Below are positions 23,014 to 32,398 of a DNA stretch of 64,000 bases, piece after piece. Numbering within the stretch: the first letter of the stretch is position 1; each line of letters starts with the position of its first letter. The DNA comes from Trypanosoma brucei. Taxonomy: Eukaryota. The translations under genes and the position numbers were made by a program. The notes under the pieces were generated by a model. That model was not told where the DNA came from, did not search any database, and saw only the letters and a list, made by a program, of their open reading frames with translations. The stretch is taken from contig CM000208.1 of NCBI GenBank assembly GCA_000002445.1, forward strand, positions 1,120,001-1,184,000, in the 5' to 3' direction.

Positions 23014-23877
23014 CTAAACGCTCCTGCGGCGCTTGAGTCCCGATACATGACCGCCTTCAGAAACACTGCCTGTAGACGCTCGGAACAGTCTTGAGCCAAA
23101 ACTTAGCAGAGAACTCAGCATTGATGTCGGTCCAGCCGCGGTCACACGACCGGACACATTTCCACATGAAGCACTGCACACATCCTCTGACCTCTCAGTC
23201 TTTGTACACTCACCTGCAGAGCCGTCAAGTTCCTCCTGTTCCTTCTGCTCTTCCCCTTCTTCCTTTGATTTGGATAGCTGCATATCGCTCTGTTCCAAGC
23301 GGGCGACGAGGACCTTTTTGATCCCACAGGTGGATAGCCCTCTTTTATGGAGAAGCCGACGAAGTTGCACGACAATCATGGCGTTGTACCCTGTTTGTTC
23401 ATTCGCTTGTTTAGCAGCACGACGGCGGCCTCGCTGCGGTGACACGTCACTGTATTCCGAGCTGCTGGTCGGATCGGAGGAACAAAATGATGGACAGGAC
23501 CATGAGGATTCGGAATCGGTTTCTAATTTGGGGGCCATGCTGTCCGACAAACTTGCCCGCAAAAACCGGCAACACTTTCTCAGCGATTTGTAAAGCTGAG
23601 CACCATTCCGCCTCGTCGTTGGGGGGTGCAGGGTGCCTGACCCATCCGCCAAAGTATAGCCGCCGTACGATACAAGAAGTTCGTTCCCAATACTTTCGTA
23701 ACCTGGTGACCCTGTGGTTCCATTACTGCCCGTCTCTGCATGACCATTGTCAGACATACTTGGTGACTTCAGTCGAAGTAAATCGGAAACCCGAGGTGGA
23801 AGGGGATCTGACATCGACCCGAGAAATTGGGCATCATCGTCAGGAACGTACACAATTTTCCGCCCGGGTTTCCTCAT
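23014..23877 (-). CDS. SAP-domain protein (putative DNA/RNA-binding), Ser-rich
   Basis: SAP motif …YNAMIVVQLRRLLHKRGLSTCGIKKVLVARLEQ…. The track ORF starts with GTG at 24045 and reads through a (CA)n microsatellite. The first ATG is about 23877 (MRKPGRK…). Confidence 0.6.
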   Translation of the reverse strand: MRKPGRKIVYVPDDDAQFLGSMSDPLPPRVSDLLRLKSPSMSDNGHAETGSNGTTGSPGYESIGNELLVSYGGYTLADGSGTLHPPTTRRNGAQLYKSLRKCCRFLRASLSDSMAPKLETDSESSWSCPSFCSSDPTSSSEYSDVSPQRGRRRAAKQANEQTGYNAMIVVQLRRLLHKRGLSTCGIKKVLVARLEQSDMQLSKSKEEGEEQKEQEELDGSAGECTKTERSEDVCSASCGNVSGRVTAAGPTSMLSSLLSFGSRLFRASTGSVSEGGHVSGLKRRRSV

Positions 23878-23884
23878 TCCTTTG

Positions 23885-23910
23885 CACACACACACACACA
23901 CACACACACG
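23885..23910. repeat. (CA)12 microsatellite in the 5' UTR a few nt upstream of the SAP-domain gene ATG
   Basis: cacacacacacacacacacacacg, read directly. On the gene strand it is (TG)n. Confidence 0.85.
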
Positions 23911-24342
23911 CTGGGGATGATCCGCTGGGCAAGACAAAATAAAGAACAGAGTAAGATGAGCTCGGATCAAAGAGGACAGATGGGAGCGAAAGCGACCGCA
24001 GTTACAAGTGAGTCGGTGCAGGTGGGAAAACGGCACCCACAACACCTACCACAGACACGAACATAAGGAAGCAAGGAAACATAACATGGGCGTCCATGAG
24101 CCAGATGGAGCGCCTGCAAACATAATGAAACAAACAACAGTAAAATAGGAATAAAGTTATTAAACCCCTCTACGCACTAGCACGAAGCACATACTGCACC
24201 ACACGCGCTCCCATGGCAAATACGTCCCTCCCCCCCCCCCCTCCGCTGGCTTGCAGTGGTGTGCGCCATAGACCCAATGTTAGGGAAGCGGAGAGTGGCG
24301 TACGCACCGCCTACGGGACCATGAGTCTTCCATGCCATGCAT

Positions 24343-25116
24343 TTAACCCCTAACAGCCCGTTGGCATCGCAGAACTCCCTGAGAGACGGATTGATTACCC
24401 GGGGCCAGTCGATTAACCTGGTTATAGTCCTCCAGCGCCTTCTTCCACTTCTCCAACCCCTCGTACGCAATTGCGCGACGAAGAAGCGCCTTTACGTGAG
24501 CCGGCTCGATGGAAAGCGCCGCGTTGCAGTCATCAATGACAAGTTGGTAACTGTGTGTTTGTTGATTACAAGCCGCACGGTTCGCGTAGTAATTAGCAAC
24601 TTCGGCACCACCTCCGGTTGACAGTTCAATGGCTCGTGAATAAAAGAGTGCGGCGCGCTCGTACTTGCCAGCACCGAATAGGGAGTTACCGATAACTTTA
24701 GCCTCTTCAGGTGTTCGGCAAGACGCAGGAGAAGCCTTTTCGTTGCGCTCCTTCAATATGTTGTTGATTTCCTGCAACCTCGCCATCAGTTCTTCGTTGT
24801 TGGGATCCGTTTTTAAAGACTGCTGAAGAGCCTTCTGCGCCTCGTCATAGTTACCCATCGCTTGGAGCGCTGCTCCCTTCCTGAAGTACCCCTTAAACCA
24901 CTGCGGTTTAACGGAAATGCAGCCCTCCGCATCCTCCAGGGCCTCCTTGTACTTTGCTAAGGCATTCCAGCACGCTGCCCTGTTAGAGTACAACGCTGCT
25001 GCACCCTCGGATTGGGGATCGACGTTGATAGCCTTCGTGTACCATTCAATTGCCTCTTCATATCTCTTCGCTGTGAAGGCCTCATTTCCCTTTGCCTTTA
25101 AGTCAGCTACAGACAT
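24343..25116 (-). CDS. TPR-repeat protein (Hop/STI1-like or SGT-like co-chaperone module)
   Basis: Two blocks of 3 TPR repeats (…AKGNEAFTAKRYEEAIEWYTKAI…YSNRAACWNALAKYKEALEDAEGCISVKPQWFKGYFRKGAALQAMGNYDEA…), duplicated with a linker. Confidence 0.8.
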   Translation of the reverse strand: MSVADLKAKGNEAFTAKRYEEAIEWYTKAINVDPQSEGAAALYSNRAACWNALAKYKEALEDAEGCISVKPQWFKGYFRKGAALQAMGNYDEAQKALQQSLKTDPNNEELMARLQEINNILKERNEKASPASCRTPEEAKVIGNSLFGAGKYERAALFYSRAIELSTGGGAEVANYYANRAACNQQTHSYQLVIDDCNAALSIEPAHVKALLRRAIAYEGLEKWKKALEDYNQVNRLAPGNQSVSQGVLRCQRAVRG

Positions 25117-25433
25117 ATTACCTTATGCTCTTCTTCCTTCCTTTTTTTTAAAAAAAAGACTTAGTGATGTCTCCTTCACGGTGACATGGTTGTTCCATTG
25201 GGGGGAGGGTTGGAAGATATGCAACGAGAAAAAGTAATTTTAGTAACCGCAACCCGTACTACAAGTGGGAGGTGAATCAACAATCATGTGTCTAAATACC
25301 CCCCACTGACAAGCACAGTGACATGTGGCAAGGCAACACACGACAGGGATATGTATAAAGGGTCAATGGCTGCAGCCGACGCGCACATCACATATATATA
25401 ATGATGATCAATCAGGTACAAGGGGAGGTTATC

Positions 25434-26336
25434 TCACGTCCACAACGACGTGGGAACGGCATCGGGTTTGTTCGACGCCAAGACAAAGCAGTAGTGGTCA
25501 AGCATGATACACCATTCATCCCAGTCATCGACTATTTCCAGCTTACACAGCCACTTCTGAGTACTCTGTGGTACTTCTAAGTAAAGTTGTTTCATGGATT
25601 TGGAAATGACGTGTGGGAGTCCAACCTTTCTACAGCGCTCCGCATGTGCCTCCACAGTGGGCAATTCGTGGATGCCACGGAGCATAACCCCCATGGCCTT
25701 TAGATTATTCACCATAACCTCACCAAAACGGTCATCTGGTCGAATAGCATCGTAAGCTATCAACAAGGCTGATGTGTCCTTATCCAGTACATCACTCAGT
25801 GTTAGTGTAAGAAGGGTGGAGGATACACGTTCTTCTAAGTACACAAAGATCATCTCAGCCAGTATCACCGTGGGAGCATTGTTGAGAGCGCTCTTTTTAA
25901 GCAGCTCACGCATCTCATCCGTTTTTCTTAGGTCGCACGCAACCAGCTCGTACTCGGGGCCCGTGTAACGAGTAAGGGCTTCTGTGTCGTCGATGACGCG
26001 GCGTTTCCTCGCAACCAGATCAGGGAAGTCTAACTCAATATATTTGGCGATATGTATGTCTGGTTGATCCTTCTTCAAGCGGAAATATAGAGTGTCCATG
26101 CCGCTCCCAAAGCTGATCACTTGCAAACCAACCTCACCGCATTGTCCCCTGGCAAAATGAAGCAAACTGCGCTCTATTGCCTCTGTTCGGAGCCAAGTGC
26201 CACGATTCATAAGGGGACTGTTCATCACTGTAGAATCCATGACGAAACAGGAGGCGAATGGATCGTTCAAGTACGTCTTACTTACACAGTGCACCCTGCG
26301 GGAGCATGCACTATACGCCGTTTGCTGAAGCGCCAT
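25434..26336 (-). CDS. LCMT: Leucine carboxyl methyltransferase (PP2A C-subunit methyltransferase, LCMT family)
   Basis: LCM-family motifs (…TAYSACSRRVHCV…NRGTWLRTEAIE…QVISFGSGMDTLYFRL…YIELDFPDLV…). The track ORF has a spurious 45-aa N-terminal extension. The ATG is about 26336 (MALQQTAYS…), giving about 300 aa. Confidence 0.8.
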   Translation of the reverse strand: MALQQTAYSACSRRVHCVSKTYLNDPFASCFVMDSTVMNSPLMNRGTWLRTEAIERSLLHFARGQCGEVGLQVISFGSGMDTLYFRLKKDQPDIHIAKYIELDFPDLVARKRRVIDDTEALTRYTGPEYELVACDLRKTDEMRELLKKSALNNAPTVILAEMIFVYLEERVSSTLLTLTLSDVLDKDTSALLIAYDAIRPDDRFGEVMVNNLKAMGVMLRGIHELPTVEAHAERCRKVGLPHVISKSMKQLYLEVPQSTQKWLCKLEIVDDWDEWCIMLDHYCFVLASNKPDAVPTSLWT

Positions 26337-26805
26337 CTGAGGAAAGCAGCTATTGCTTCCCTGTATCACTTCCCCCCCCCTACTTCCACACCCAAGGGTA
26401 ACAACTATGTGACACATATGAAGAAAAAAAAAGCAAAATAGAAGCTCAGTACCGACATCAAAAGAATCCAACTTTGGGTTGGCTACAAAGCATCCCCACT
26501 ATCGCACTGGAGATCTACGAGATGAAAGGAAAGGAAAAGAAACACAGTATTTTTTTTTCACCATTCTTCAGTCCATAATAATCTTTTGTCTTGATTCTTG
26601 TGGCTTTCAAATGCGTTAGACCGCCTTTTCTTCTCATTTCAGCCACACTGAAAAGGTGCTTACTTGTCCGCACTTTTCGTTTTTCCCCCCTCCTCACAAC
26701 ACCAGACATAGCGAACGCATAACGGCACAATCCATGGTTTGGTTGTCTTTTTTCTTTTTTTCTTCTTCCTTCGGGCTTTTGTGAGGATTTTTTCTTTCCT
26801 TTTTT

Positions 26806-29800
26806 TTAAACGAGAAGAATGCCCCTTATTCCACAAAGGCTTTCCGAAATTATTTCTGAGAGACTACGTAGAGAGATAATCCTCTGCCGGTCATTAAACA
26901 CTGAGCACTGCTGCGCCGTGGTGAGCATGCGACGGAGTATTGCTGCAGCGTGTGGATTTGAACCCGACAGTGTTGATGTTGTTGTTTGTATTATTTCTTC
27001 CATGTAGTCCAAAGGGAGGCAACCGCAGAGAGCGACCAGGCACCGTGCGACCTGAGGAGACAGTGCCATTGAGAGCTTACCAGAGAGAAAACTCTTCGTG
27101 AGAGCCGAAAGCAGAGAAGAAAACAGCTCACTATTATCCGCTCCCGTGCGGTGGAGGAATGTAACGACAGTCTCTGCGACACTTGTTCCGATACGCTGAA
27201 CGTCAATAGCATCCGAGTTCAGTGTGAACATGAGTACTATCAGGAACGCTTGAAAATCCGGAGAGGACACAAACTCTGCTGTGAATGCATCCGCACAGAG
27301 TTGAAAAGCCTGGAGAACTGATCCCTTTAACTCGGGCAGTTTCAGGCAGCGTTCATCAAAGAAACTAAGAAACGTTGCCAGTGCTGACACGACACACAAA
27401 CCTAATGAATGAGTTACGTCAGGTGGAAGGCTTGACTCCATCATAGACCACTGCGCAACGTCACGGAGGAGGGAAGACATGAGCTTAAGCATGCTTTGCT
27501 TCTCTTCTTCCGCATTCTCCGAGCACCAGGTTGGGTCCTCACGCAGCACCTTCATGGCAGCATGTAGCGTTGCGGTCACTTTTTCCATCAACCACAGCAA
27601 CGGCTCGTCCATTAGCAGTGGTGAGTATGCCAAAAATAGTTGTGATACCATCTTGATGCTGCGAACGGCGAGCTCCTTCTCGTAAAACCTGGTGGCGCTC
27701 ACTGACAGAACACGGTTGCAGATCCCCATTATAATTTCAAGGCAGGAAACAAGTCTATCGCCGTCCTTTAGTGAGCTGAGGAAACCACCCAACGACCCGC
27801 AACGCTCCAAACACATGTCAACATCCACAGAGGTAAAGTCGGTGACTTGTGTGTCAAAATTGCAAAGAATACGCAGGAGATCTGTCGGTGTTGCATCTAG
27901 TGGAAGACACGCGATGCAGAAAGCCGCGATGCATCCCCTCGCCGTTCCTTGCACTTGTTGGTTGTTATGAACCATTTCTTCGGCCTCTCGCAAGACCTCG
28001 GGGGATTCTTGAAGAGCGGCAATTATACTTACACTACGCGTACTGGCATCGAGTACCTTGCAGCTAGCTAGTCCAACATCCTCATCATGTGCAAAAACGC
28101 GCAGTGAATAGAGAGCACATCGGATGATCGTAACACACGCACTAGCCAGCGCCAAATTATCACCCAAGGGATCATGCATGTAAACGGTTATGAAGTTCCC
28201 CAGCACATCCAATAAGGCAGACATCACAGCGGGACTTGCTAATGACACGTTTTGTTGTAAATCCTGGAATGCGTTCATGGCCGAAGTTGTAAGTCTCAGC
28301 GCCGGATGCGAAGCAGACAAAGGATACGGTACGAAGCAAACGGGTGTTGAAATGTGTTCCCCATCACAGGGGTCAGCAATGAACGCCGCGGTGAGTTTTA
28401 GGACCACCCACATACTTTCTTGCACCTGCTCCCACTCCGATCCCACACGACTCCCCAAACCGGCGCGCCACCTCTGAAGGTGGTCCAAAGCACTGCAGAG
28501 AAGCACTGTGGTTTTCTCCGGATCCTGCCGGCCCATGTGAGCGACGAGTGTGATGTGGGACGTTGTAAAAGCTTCGGTGAAGTGTTCCTGGTCGTCGGAC
28601 GAATGGGCATATGTCAGCTTCGAAGAGAGGAATGCGTCAAACACGCTGAGAGCCATTGCAGCTACAGAAGCCTCGGCACTCGACGTCATTTGTGTTGTCC
28701 TGAAAAGACAGCTGAGTACCTCATCCAGCGCGGCCATAATTCCGTCGTTGTCTGGGTAGCGTCTGTCAAGTTCAATTAGGCGGTTGGCGATAAAAGACAA
28801 TTCAGAGAGGAAAGGTTCCATTATTTCTGAGAGGCTGAAAATGTCTGAAAGGTTCTCCAAAATGCTGCTGCTACCAGAGAGAATCAAAGATAACGCGGTG
28901 CTCGCTTCTTCATCTTGTTCGACTCTAGCTAGAAGATCTCTCGCCACGGCGGTGACGAGTAGGAGAAACTTCCTTCCATACCTTAACCGGTCATTCAGGT
29001 CCCATGCATCCACTACAATGTTGCAAAACTCGCGTATCAGCTCTACAACAGGTCTCTGTTCGAACGGCACATCGCAGATACGCCCCTCCAAGTACCATGC
29101 CTGCAGCATCTCCTCGATACCTCTCCTCCTAGCACCTTGCATAGGGACGCCTGCCACAAGTAACTCATGCCACAAAGCGCCGGAAACCCTCAGGGGTTGG
29201 CTACACGGATCACCCTCCGGTATGTCTTCTTCGAAGAAAATGTGGTGAGACCACGAAAGGGCGGTGTTAAGGCCTGCCATGATCGTCTGGAGGACACGAT
29301 GGCTTAAGACTGACCCGCTAGAGGCAGCGCAGAGGAGCACATTGAGGAAGCGGGCCAAGCCATCGCACTCGAATGCGGAGCGGCACTCACGGTGGAACTT
29401 GAGCGACATACCGCGACCCCGAGAAGGAGGACGGTAGAGACCAAACTCTTCGATCAGGTGTATAACCACGGACCCATTAAGCATAACGAGGAGCTCCGAC
29501 TCGCAGTTGCTCAGCTGATCCAGCATTTCAGATACCATCTTCTCGCACGCTGTTGCGTCAAAAGCACCCTCTGCGTTTGCACAGCCAAGTTTCAAAATAA
29601 CCGCCACGTCCAGCGCCGTCTCTGACAACACGGGACGCCATGGAGGGCTAAGAAGCCTGTCACCTATAACTTTTGCATATGCTGTCAGCGAATCAACTAA
29701 CCCTTTTCCACGCTTGCTTACGGTCAACCCACAGCGCGTCAAGTACACCCTCAACAACCTAAGGGAAGTGAAATGCACATATATCATGTCGTCGCTAACA

Positions 29801-29961
29801 CCAGCCCCTGCACTATCAATAAGGACAGTAACAACACACTCAGCCGCTTGCACATTATCAATGGATTGCAAAACTCGGACAATACTCTCGGCATCGTTAT
29901 GGCGCCCTTCCTTGATGCACTGTGCCGCGCACTCAAGCTGTTGACGGAAGTGGCAATCCAT
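26806..29961 (-). CDS. Large alpha-helical-repeat hypothetical protein (about 1050 aa; possibly karyopherin/exportin-like HEAT/ARM solenoid)
   Basis: An all-helical, Leu/Ala/Ser-rich 1000+ aa ORF with no catalytic motifs. The track start at 30171 goes through a polypyrimidine tract. The likely start is about 29961 (MDCHFRQQLE…), with the polyY tract plus AG just upstream. Confidence 0.55.
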   Translation of the reverse strand: MDCHFRQQLECAAQCIKEGRHNDAESIVRVLQSIDNVQAAECVVTVLIDSAGAGVSDDMIYVHFTSLRLLRVYLTRCGLTVSKRGKGLVDSLTAYAKVIGDRLLSPPWRPVLSETALDVAVILKLGCANAEGAFDATACEKMVSEMLDQLSNCESELLVMLNGSVVIHLIEEFGLYRPPSRGRGMSLKFHRECRSAFECDGLARFLNVLLCAASSGSVLSHRVLQTIMAGLNTALSWSHHIFFEEDIPEGDPCSQPLRVSGALWHELLVAGVPMQGARRRGIEEMLQAWYLEGRICDVPFEQRPVVELIREFCNIVVDAWDLNDRLRYGRKFLLLVTAVARDLLARVEQDEEASTALSLILSGSSSILENLSDIFSLSEIMEPFLSELSFIANRLIELDRRYPDNDGIMAALDEVLSCLFRTTQMTSSAEASVAAMALSVFDAFLSSKLTYAHSSDDQEHFTEAFTTSHITLVAHMGRQDPEKTTVLLCSALDHLQRWRAGLGSRVGSEWEQVQESMWVVLKLTAAFIADPCDGEHISTPVCFVPYPLSASHPALRLTTSAMNAFQDLQQNVSLASPAVMSALLDVLGNFITVYMHDPLGDNLALASACVTIIRCALYSLRVFAHDEDVGLASCKVLDASTRSVSIIAALQESPEVLREAEEMVHNNQQVQGTARGCIAAFCIACLPLDATPTDLLRILCNFDTQVTDFTSVDVDMCLERCGSLGGFLSSLKDGDRLVSCLEIIMGICNRVLSVSATRFYEKELAVRSIKMVSQLFLAYSPLLMDEPLLWLMEKVTATLHAAMKVLREDPTWCSENAEEEKQSMLKLMSSLLRDVAQWSMMESSLPPDVTHSLGLCVVSALATFLSFFDERCLKLPELKGSVLQAFQLCADAFTAEFVSSPDFQAFLIVLMFTLNSDAIDVQRIGTSVAETVVTFLHRTGADNSELFSSLLSALTKSFLSGKLSMALSPQVARCLVALCGCLPLDYMEEIIQTTTSTLSGSNPHAAAILRRMLTTAQQCSVFNDRQRIISLRSLSEIISESLCGIRGILLV

Positions 29962-30060
29962 CCACAATGTCTCAGCGATTTGACAGCATCGAGTGGTTAA
30001 AAATGCACGGCGCAAAAAAAAAAAATAGGGGAAAACATCAAAGAATACAAAGATGGAAAG
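29962..30060 (-). promoter_or_regulatory. Polypyrimidine tract + AG: putative trans-splice acceptor region for the 1050-aa gene
   Basis: On the minus strand the sequence reads …ttttcccctatttttttttttttgcgccgtgcatttttaaccactcgatgctgtcaaatcgctgagacattgtggATG. Confidence 0.5.
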
Positions 30061-30197
30061 GTATACAAATACACCACACTCACACAATCTGAGGTTTCTG
30101 GTATAACTAGACGCGGGGAGCGCACATGGGGAAAATAAAGCAGACCAATGATGGACCGGGTGGATGAACATGTTTCGAGAGTAAATTTATTTCTAAC

Positions 30198-32039
30198 CTA
30201 TGTAAAAGCAACAGGGTGAGGCAATAAACCTTGTGCAAAAGAAACTAATGTACGAAACAACTCTTTCATCTCCCCAGAAGGTTTGGGGCTTTCGGCACAC
30301 CTCAAAGCCGCGATGCGGATAAGGGCTTTCAGTGTTGTGTAGTCAACCTGTTTACCGGCTTGGACGGCGAGTTTCTTCCACTCGGAGACGAATGAATCGT
30401 CCACATTGTGGTTCATCAAATCATCCAATGCGAGGAAGTCTATTGAGTCCCCAGAAGATGATGGGGGCCTCTTCGCTGGCTTCCCTCCATTTACAAGTGA
30501 CCCCTTCTGGTTTGACGCCCTTTTCGAAAAGGCATCGGCAAGCGACAGTTGCACGCCGGTTGTATGCTTCGGAGTATCTTTCCCATCGTGCTCCAGACGG
30601 ACGGCCGTGGCTTGTATGGACATTCCACGGATATCCTCAATAACAATGTCTGTAATGGTGTCAACACCAACGGTCCAAATAATCCCTGACTTTGTACTTT
30701 CTTGTAAGCCAAGTTCCTCCACCCTTTCCTCGTCACGCATTGTACGGCCAAGGACAAGGAGAGGCCCAAGTGCGCGCTCTACACAAGCAAGCATTATTTC
30801 CATATCACAAGACTTCAGCACGGAGCTGAAGTTGACGGGAATATGGAACTCAAGGCATTTTCCCCTTCCCATATACTTTAGGGTCTCCTTCGGGTGCAGC
30901 GGGTGCCGCTCCAATATGGTAACTCTTAGCCCGGAACAGCAGTACGGACCACGCCCCATCTTGGCACATACTACATCCAGCAACTGCCTGGCGATGCTCC
31001 ATACATCTTCAACAGTTTTAGGTCGAACGGCATAATTCATTGAGCAACCAATACTTGCACGTGTCCTCTTTCCCATTAGTCTTTGATTTTCCTCGTCGCC
31101 AGTACGGGTCACCAGACGCACATCATTACCCCGGCACAAGTTATAGAAGTTTTCTCCCGTCTTTTGCCCGAGGACACGCTGCAGTTGCTGCTTCGTCAAC
31201 TTCTGAACGTGCTGACACAAAATGTTTTCCTCACCTACGCCTTCCATATCCCCGAGATAATCACCCAGTAGAGGCACCAACTTAGCAATAGTTGAACTCC
31301 CCGCTCCATGTATCTCCGAAAAAGGCAACTGCGAAACGATTGCCGTCACGTCCTCAGGGCGGACAATGAACGTTCCATCCGGCTTTGCAGATTGCGTTGC
31401 GATTCGGGCAAGCATCACATTAGGCCCGATCCCACAAGACACCGTACACTTCGTGGCAGCTTCCAGCTCACGACGGACTTCGTTACAGTAGTCTTCCACC
31501 GCCTCATAGCTATCAGTGTCGAACGCGATCATCACCTCGTCAACACTGTAGACCTCAACGGACATGGTCAGGTGAGCAGGGCAGAGCTCGAAGATCATGC
31601 GGTAAAGACACATCGCCACCTCTCCACTCCGCTCGAGGTCATAACTCAGAACACGCAAGTCGGGGCAAAGAACCCTCGCAGCGTTGACGTACATGCCTGC
31701 ACGAACGCCGAAAGACCTCGCAACGTAGTTACAAGAGGAAATGTCACTGTTTCCTCGCCCGGCTGCAACGCAAACCGGCTTATCACGAAGATGAGCATTC
31801 TCCTCCCTCGCCAATACTACGCTGCAGAAGAAGGCATCCATATCCAAATGCGCAAAGATTGCTTGGCGATCAAGGACGCCGTGATTCCAAGCAGGATTCT
31901 CCGCGAACCACTCCTTAAACAAATCATGTGCCTTCGTCTTCCATTGACCAATGAAGTGAAGGCGTGAGTGCTGTTGGAAATGCTTAAGACTGTTTAATTG
32001 GTCCCGGACCCGCGACCTCTTCGGTCCATTCGTCTCCAT
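30198..32039 (-). CDS. Y-family translesion DNA polymerase (Rev1/DinB-like)
   Basis: …FAHLDMDAFFCSVVL…GNSDISSCNYVARSFGVRAGM… matches the Y-family palm/fingers motifs (the DMDAFF Mg-binding motif; SCNYVAR resembles the Rev1 SCSYEAR). The track start is TTG at 32093. The first ATG is about 32039 (METNGPKRS…). Confidence 0.8.
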   Translation of the reverse strand: METNGPKRSRVRDQLNSLKHFQQHSRLHFIGQWKTKAHDLFKEWFAENPAWNHGVLDRQAIFAHLDMDAFFCSVVLAREENAHLRDKPVCVAAGRGNSDISSCNYVARSFGVRAGMYVNAARVLCPDLRVLSYDLERSGEVAMCLYRMIFELCPAHLTMSVEVYSVDEVMIAFDTDSYEAVEDYCNEVRRELEAATKCTVSCGIGPNVMLARIATQSAKPDGTFIVRPEDVTAIVSQLPFSEIHGAGSSTIAKLVPLLGDYLGDMEGVGEENILCQHVQKLTKQQLQRVLGQKTGENFYNLCRGNDVRLVTRTGDEENQRLMGKRTRASIGCSMNYAVRPKTVEDVWSIARQLLDVVCAKMGRGPYCCSGLRVTILERHPLHPKETLKYMGRGKCLEFHIPVNFSSVLKSCDMEIMLACVERALGPLLVLGRTMRDEERVEELGLQESTKSGIIWTVGVDTITDIVIEDIRGMSIQATAVRLEHDGKDTPKHTTGVQLSLADAFSKRASNQKGSLVNGGKPAKRPPSSSGDSIDFLALDDLMNHNVDDSFVSEWKKLAVQAGKQVDYTTLKALIRIAALRCAESPKPSGEMKELFRTLVSFAQGLLPHPVAFT

Positions 32040-32398
32040 GTTGAAGAAGGAACTGTGCAAAGCGATTGAAAACCTCACGCGCGCAGTCGTCAATTACGAA
32101 ATCTTCGCAAACGTCACGTAACACAACGTCAGCCAAGTGTAAAGGGGGTGGGATCCGGCTCTCTCCTGTACCTTCCATATGAAAAGCTACTTGCAGTGGC
32201 ATGGAAGTCACCGCAAGATCGAAAGAGAAGAGCAAAATAAAAGCAACAAAATGTTTTCGACGGTCAAACGGCGCACTGTGGAAACGTTCGTGAAATGCAC
32301 ATGTTGAACATGAATTAGAAGCACCAAATGTACAGAGAGGTAAAAAAATAATAATAATATTTGATGCACGGTATCTGTGACACGTAATCTACTACATT

